In this document: piece by piece, positions 62,279 through 64,000 of the stretch | How positions within the stretch are numbered: the stretch's first letter is position 1 | Layout of the letters: every line of letters starts with the position of its first letter | Assembly: GCA_047605125.1 (NCBI GenBank) | Contig: JASGGK010000004.1 | Span: 163,199-227,198, forward strand | DNA from: Luteolibacter sp. | Lineage (GTDB): Bacteria > Verrucomicrobiota > Verrucomicrobiia > Verrucomicrobiales > Akkermansiaceae | Length of the DNA stretch: 64,000 bases | Reading direction: 5' to 3' | Program-made: the position numbers and the translations under genes | Notes under the pieces: generated by a model | The model's input: the letters and a program-made list of their open reading frames with translations, nothing else | The model's database searches: none | Told to the model about the DNA's origin: nothing

Positions 62279-63568
62279 ATGCAACGTTCGAAGCTTCCCT
62301 ACTTCTTCCTCGCCTTCGCCGCACTGATCGCCATTTCGGCGCTCGGCATGCTGTTTTTCAAGATCCGTGCCTTGAAAGAACAGGCCCGACCCGTGCCCGC
62401 CGAACCGGGCGTTTCGGTGCCGCCGGTGCCAGTTCCGGAATCCAAGCCTGATTTGGAAGATGGTTTCAAAAACCTCGGTGAAAAAGGCGTGGCCACCGCC
62501 AATCCGGAAACTCTCGTCGAAAATGTCGCACGCTCCCTCGCCGCAAAAGACTCCTCCTCGCTTGGGAAATTGCTCGGCCAGCAGGTTCTCGATCCTGCCG
62601 CGATCGGGCGACTGAAAGCTTTGCTCGGAGATTCATCTTTGAAAATCCGTTCGATCAGCCAGGTAGGCGAACTGGAACTGAACCAACTCACCCGTTGGAT
62701 GATCGAGCTCGATGGCCGAGAACCCGGAAAAAACCGCATCTATCTAGATCTCCGCAAGCAGGACGGCAAATGGCATGTGGAAAAACTCACCCTGCCGCCC
62801 GCCGAAGGCGAAGCCGCTGAAGTCGGCGAGCTGAATGATTCTCTGGGAACCGCCGATTCCTTCCTGCAAACCGTGCTCGCCCAGGATTTCATCAAAGCCC
62901 GCCAATACGTGAATCCGTCCACGGTTTCCGACGCTAAAATCGCCGGGCTTTGCATCATTTTCGAAGAAGGCCAATACCGGCTCCGCGCCAACAAACCGCT
63001 CCGCTCGATGTTCCAACGTGCGGATACCGTCGGTTATCTCGCCCAGGTGGAAACGCCGGATGCCGCGCAATCCGCCCAGTTCGCGCTCACGTTGAACCGA
63101 GTCGGCGAGCGCTGGCTGGTTTCCGAAATCAATCTCGATTCGCTCTTGTCCGATTACGCCAAACGCGTCGCCGGAGGTGACATTTACTTTTCCCCGCTCG
63201 TGAAAAACCCATCCGGCGGCGATACTCTCGCGCTCTATTTCGGGTTTGACGAAGACGGCATCAATCCGCGCACCACCCGCCAGCTCGCGATTGTCGCACA
63301 GATTTTGAAGGCGGATCCGGGTAAAAAAATCCACCTCACCGGCCACACGGACGCGCTGGGGACGGACGTTTACAACAACCAGCTCTCGTCCCGCCGGGCC
63401 GTCGCGGTGCGCGAATACCTCGTCCAGGCCGGCGTTTCCACCTCGCAGATTTCCACGGAAGCCGAAGGTTCCCGCCAGCCGCGCCGCCCGAATGTCACCG
63501 AGACCGGCACCGACAATCCCGACGGCCGCCGGGCGAACCGGCGCACGGAAATCTACCTCGATTTCTGA
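62279..63568 (+). CDS. OmpA-family protein with N-terminal TM and two possible NTF2-like segments
   Basis: YFGFDE, GHTDALG, LSSRRA, NRRTEI. Confidence 0.9.
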   Translation: MQRSKLPYFFLAFAALIAISALGMLFFKIRALKEQARPVPAEPGVSVPPVPVPESKPDLEDGFKNLGEKGVATANPETLVENVARSLAAKDSSSLGKLLGQQVLDPAAIGRLKALLGDSSLKIRSISQVGELELNQLTRWMIELDGREPGKNRIYLDLRKQDGKWHVEKLTLPPAEGEAAEVGELNDSLGTADSFLQTVLAQDFIKARQYVNPSTVSDAKIAGLCIIFEEGQYRLRANKPLRSMFQRADTVGYLAQVETPDAAQSAQFALTLNRVGERWLVSEINLDSLLSDYAKRVAGGDIYFSPLVKNPSGGDTLALYFGFDEDGINPRTTRQLAIVAQILKADPGKKIHLTGHTDALGTDVYNNQLSSRRAVAVREYLVQAGVSTSQISTEAEGSRQPRRPNVTETGTDNPDGRRANRRTEIYLDF

Positions 63569-63619
63569 GCGTCACCTTTGCGCTTGGAGATTGTGTGCAA
63601 GTGGTTACCGTCACCCCAT

Positions 63620-63886
63620 ATGCCTTCGTCGCCCGTCGCTGATCCCCGTTTCAATGAGTTCATCCTCCTTCAGGCGCAAAATGCCGGCCTTTTCCTCGGC
63701 CAGATTCCAAACCCCCACACCGGCGAAAAGCTCGTGAATCTCCGCGCCGCGAAGTCGGTGATCGATTCCCTCGAAATGCTGGAGGCAAAAACCCATGGAA
63801 ATCTCACGGAAACCGAGGAAAAGCTTCTCGCCACCGCCCTGAAAAATCTCCGCCCTCTCTACGAAAACATTTCCGCCGAAGCCTGA
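63620..63886 (+). CDS. DUF1844 family protein
   Basis: LGQIPNPHTG...AKSVIDSLEMLEAKTHGNL. Confidence 0.85.
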   Translation: MPSSPVADPRFNEFILLQAQNAGLFLGQIPNPHTGEKLVNLRAAKSVIDSLEMLEAKTHGNLTETEEKLLATALKNLRPLYENISAEA

Positions 63887-63911
63887 TTTTCAAAACCCGA
63901 TTCATCCCACC

Positions 63912-64000
63912 ATGTCCTTCGAACCATTCAATATCGGCAACGTCCCTGTCGGCGGCCCCGTCCCGTTTTTCATCCTCGGCCCGTGTTCGCTTGAATCGGA
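63912..64000 (+). CDS. kdsA: KDO-8-phosphate synthase, N-terminal fragment (runs off the window)
   Basis: MSFEPFNIGNVPVGGPVPFFILGPCSLES matches the KdsA GPCxxES motif. Confidence 0.8.
   Translation, partial: MSFEPFNIGNVPVGGPVPFFILGPCSLES

Overview
A gene-dense, GC-rich chromosomal window of mostly housekeeping genes. It most likely comes from a Verrucomicrobiota (Luteolibacter-like) bacterium; this is inferred from the short atpE/atpH, DUF1844, DUF3147 and the style of the hypothetical proteins. It runs from the 5' part of carB through a GlcD-like oxidase, a SWIM-SNF2 helicase, leuS, two convergent toxin-antitoxin pairs (AbrB-Doc, VapBC) and hup. Next come a complete atpBEFHAGDC operon, sulP-ldhA-GATase, a Yej/Opp-like ABC importer, mpl, rnc, tRNA-His, tyrS, a PAS two-component pair, rpoZ-smpB and two OmpA proteins. 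It ends with CPBP-comF-CPBP, two convergent ABC exporters, a tandem coiled-coil paralog pair, htrA and the start of kdsA. No CRISPR array, rRNA, transposase or integrase was seen. The most unusual signal is a layer of small repeat elements. Degenerate 7-bp-period arrays form hairpins at three consecutive F1 gene junctions (atpA/G, atpG/D, atpD/C) and occur twice in frame inside leuS. About 9-bp-period arrays and GGAG-tagged REP-like palindromes sit next to stop codons and nest into composite, interleaved structures (27.1 kb, 46.3-46.7 kb). Other leads: a perfect Rex/CRP-type box before atpB, a probably inactive CPBP paralog, a T4-lysozyme-like secreted protein, a MORN-like insertion in an ABC permease and a FlgT_C-like coiled-coil protein pair. 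All family assignments come from motif recognition by eye, not from database searches.
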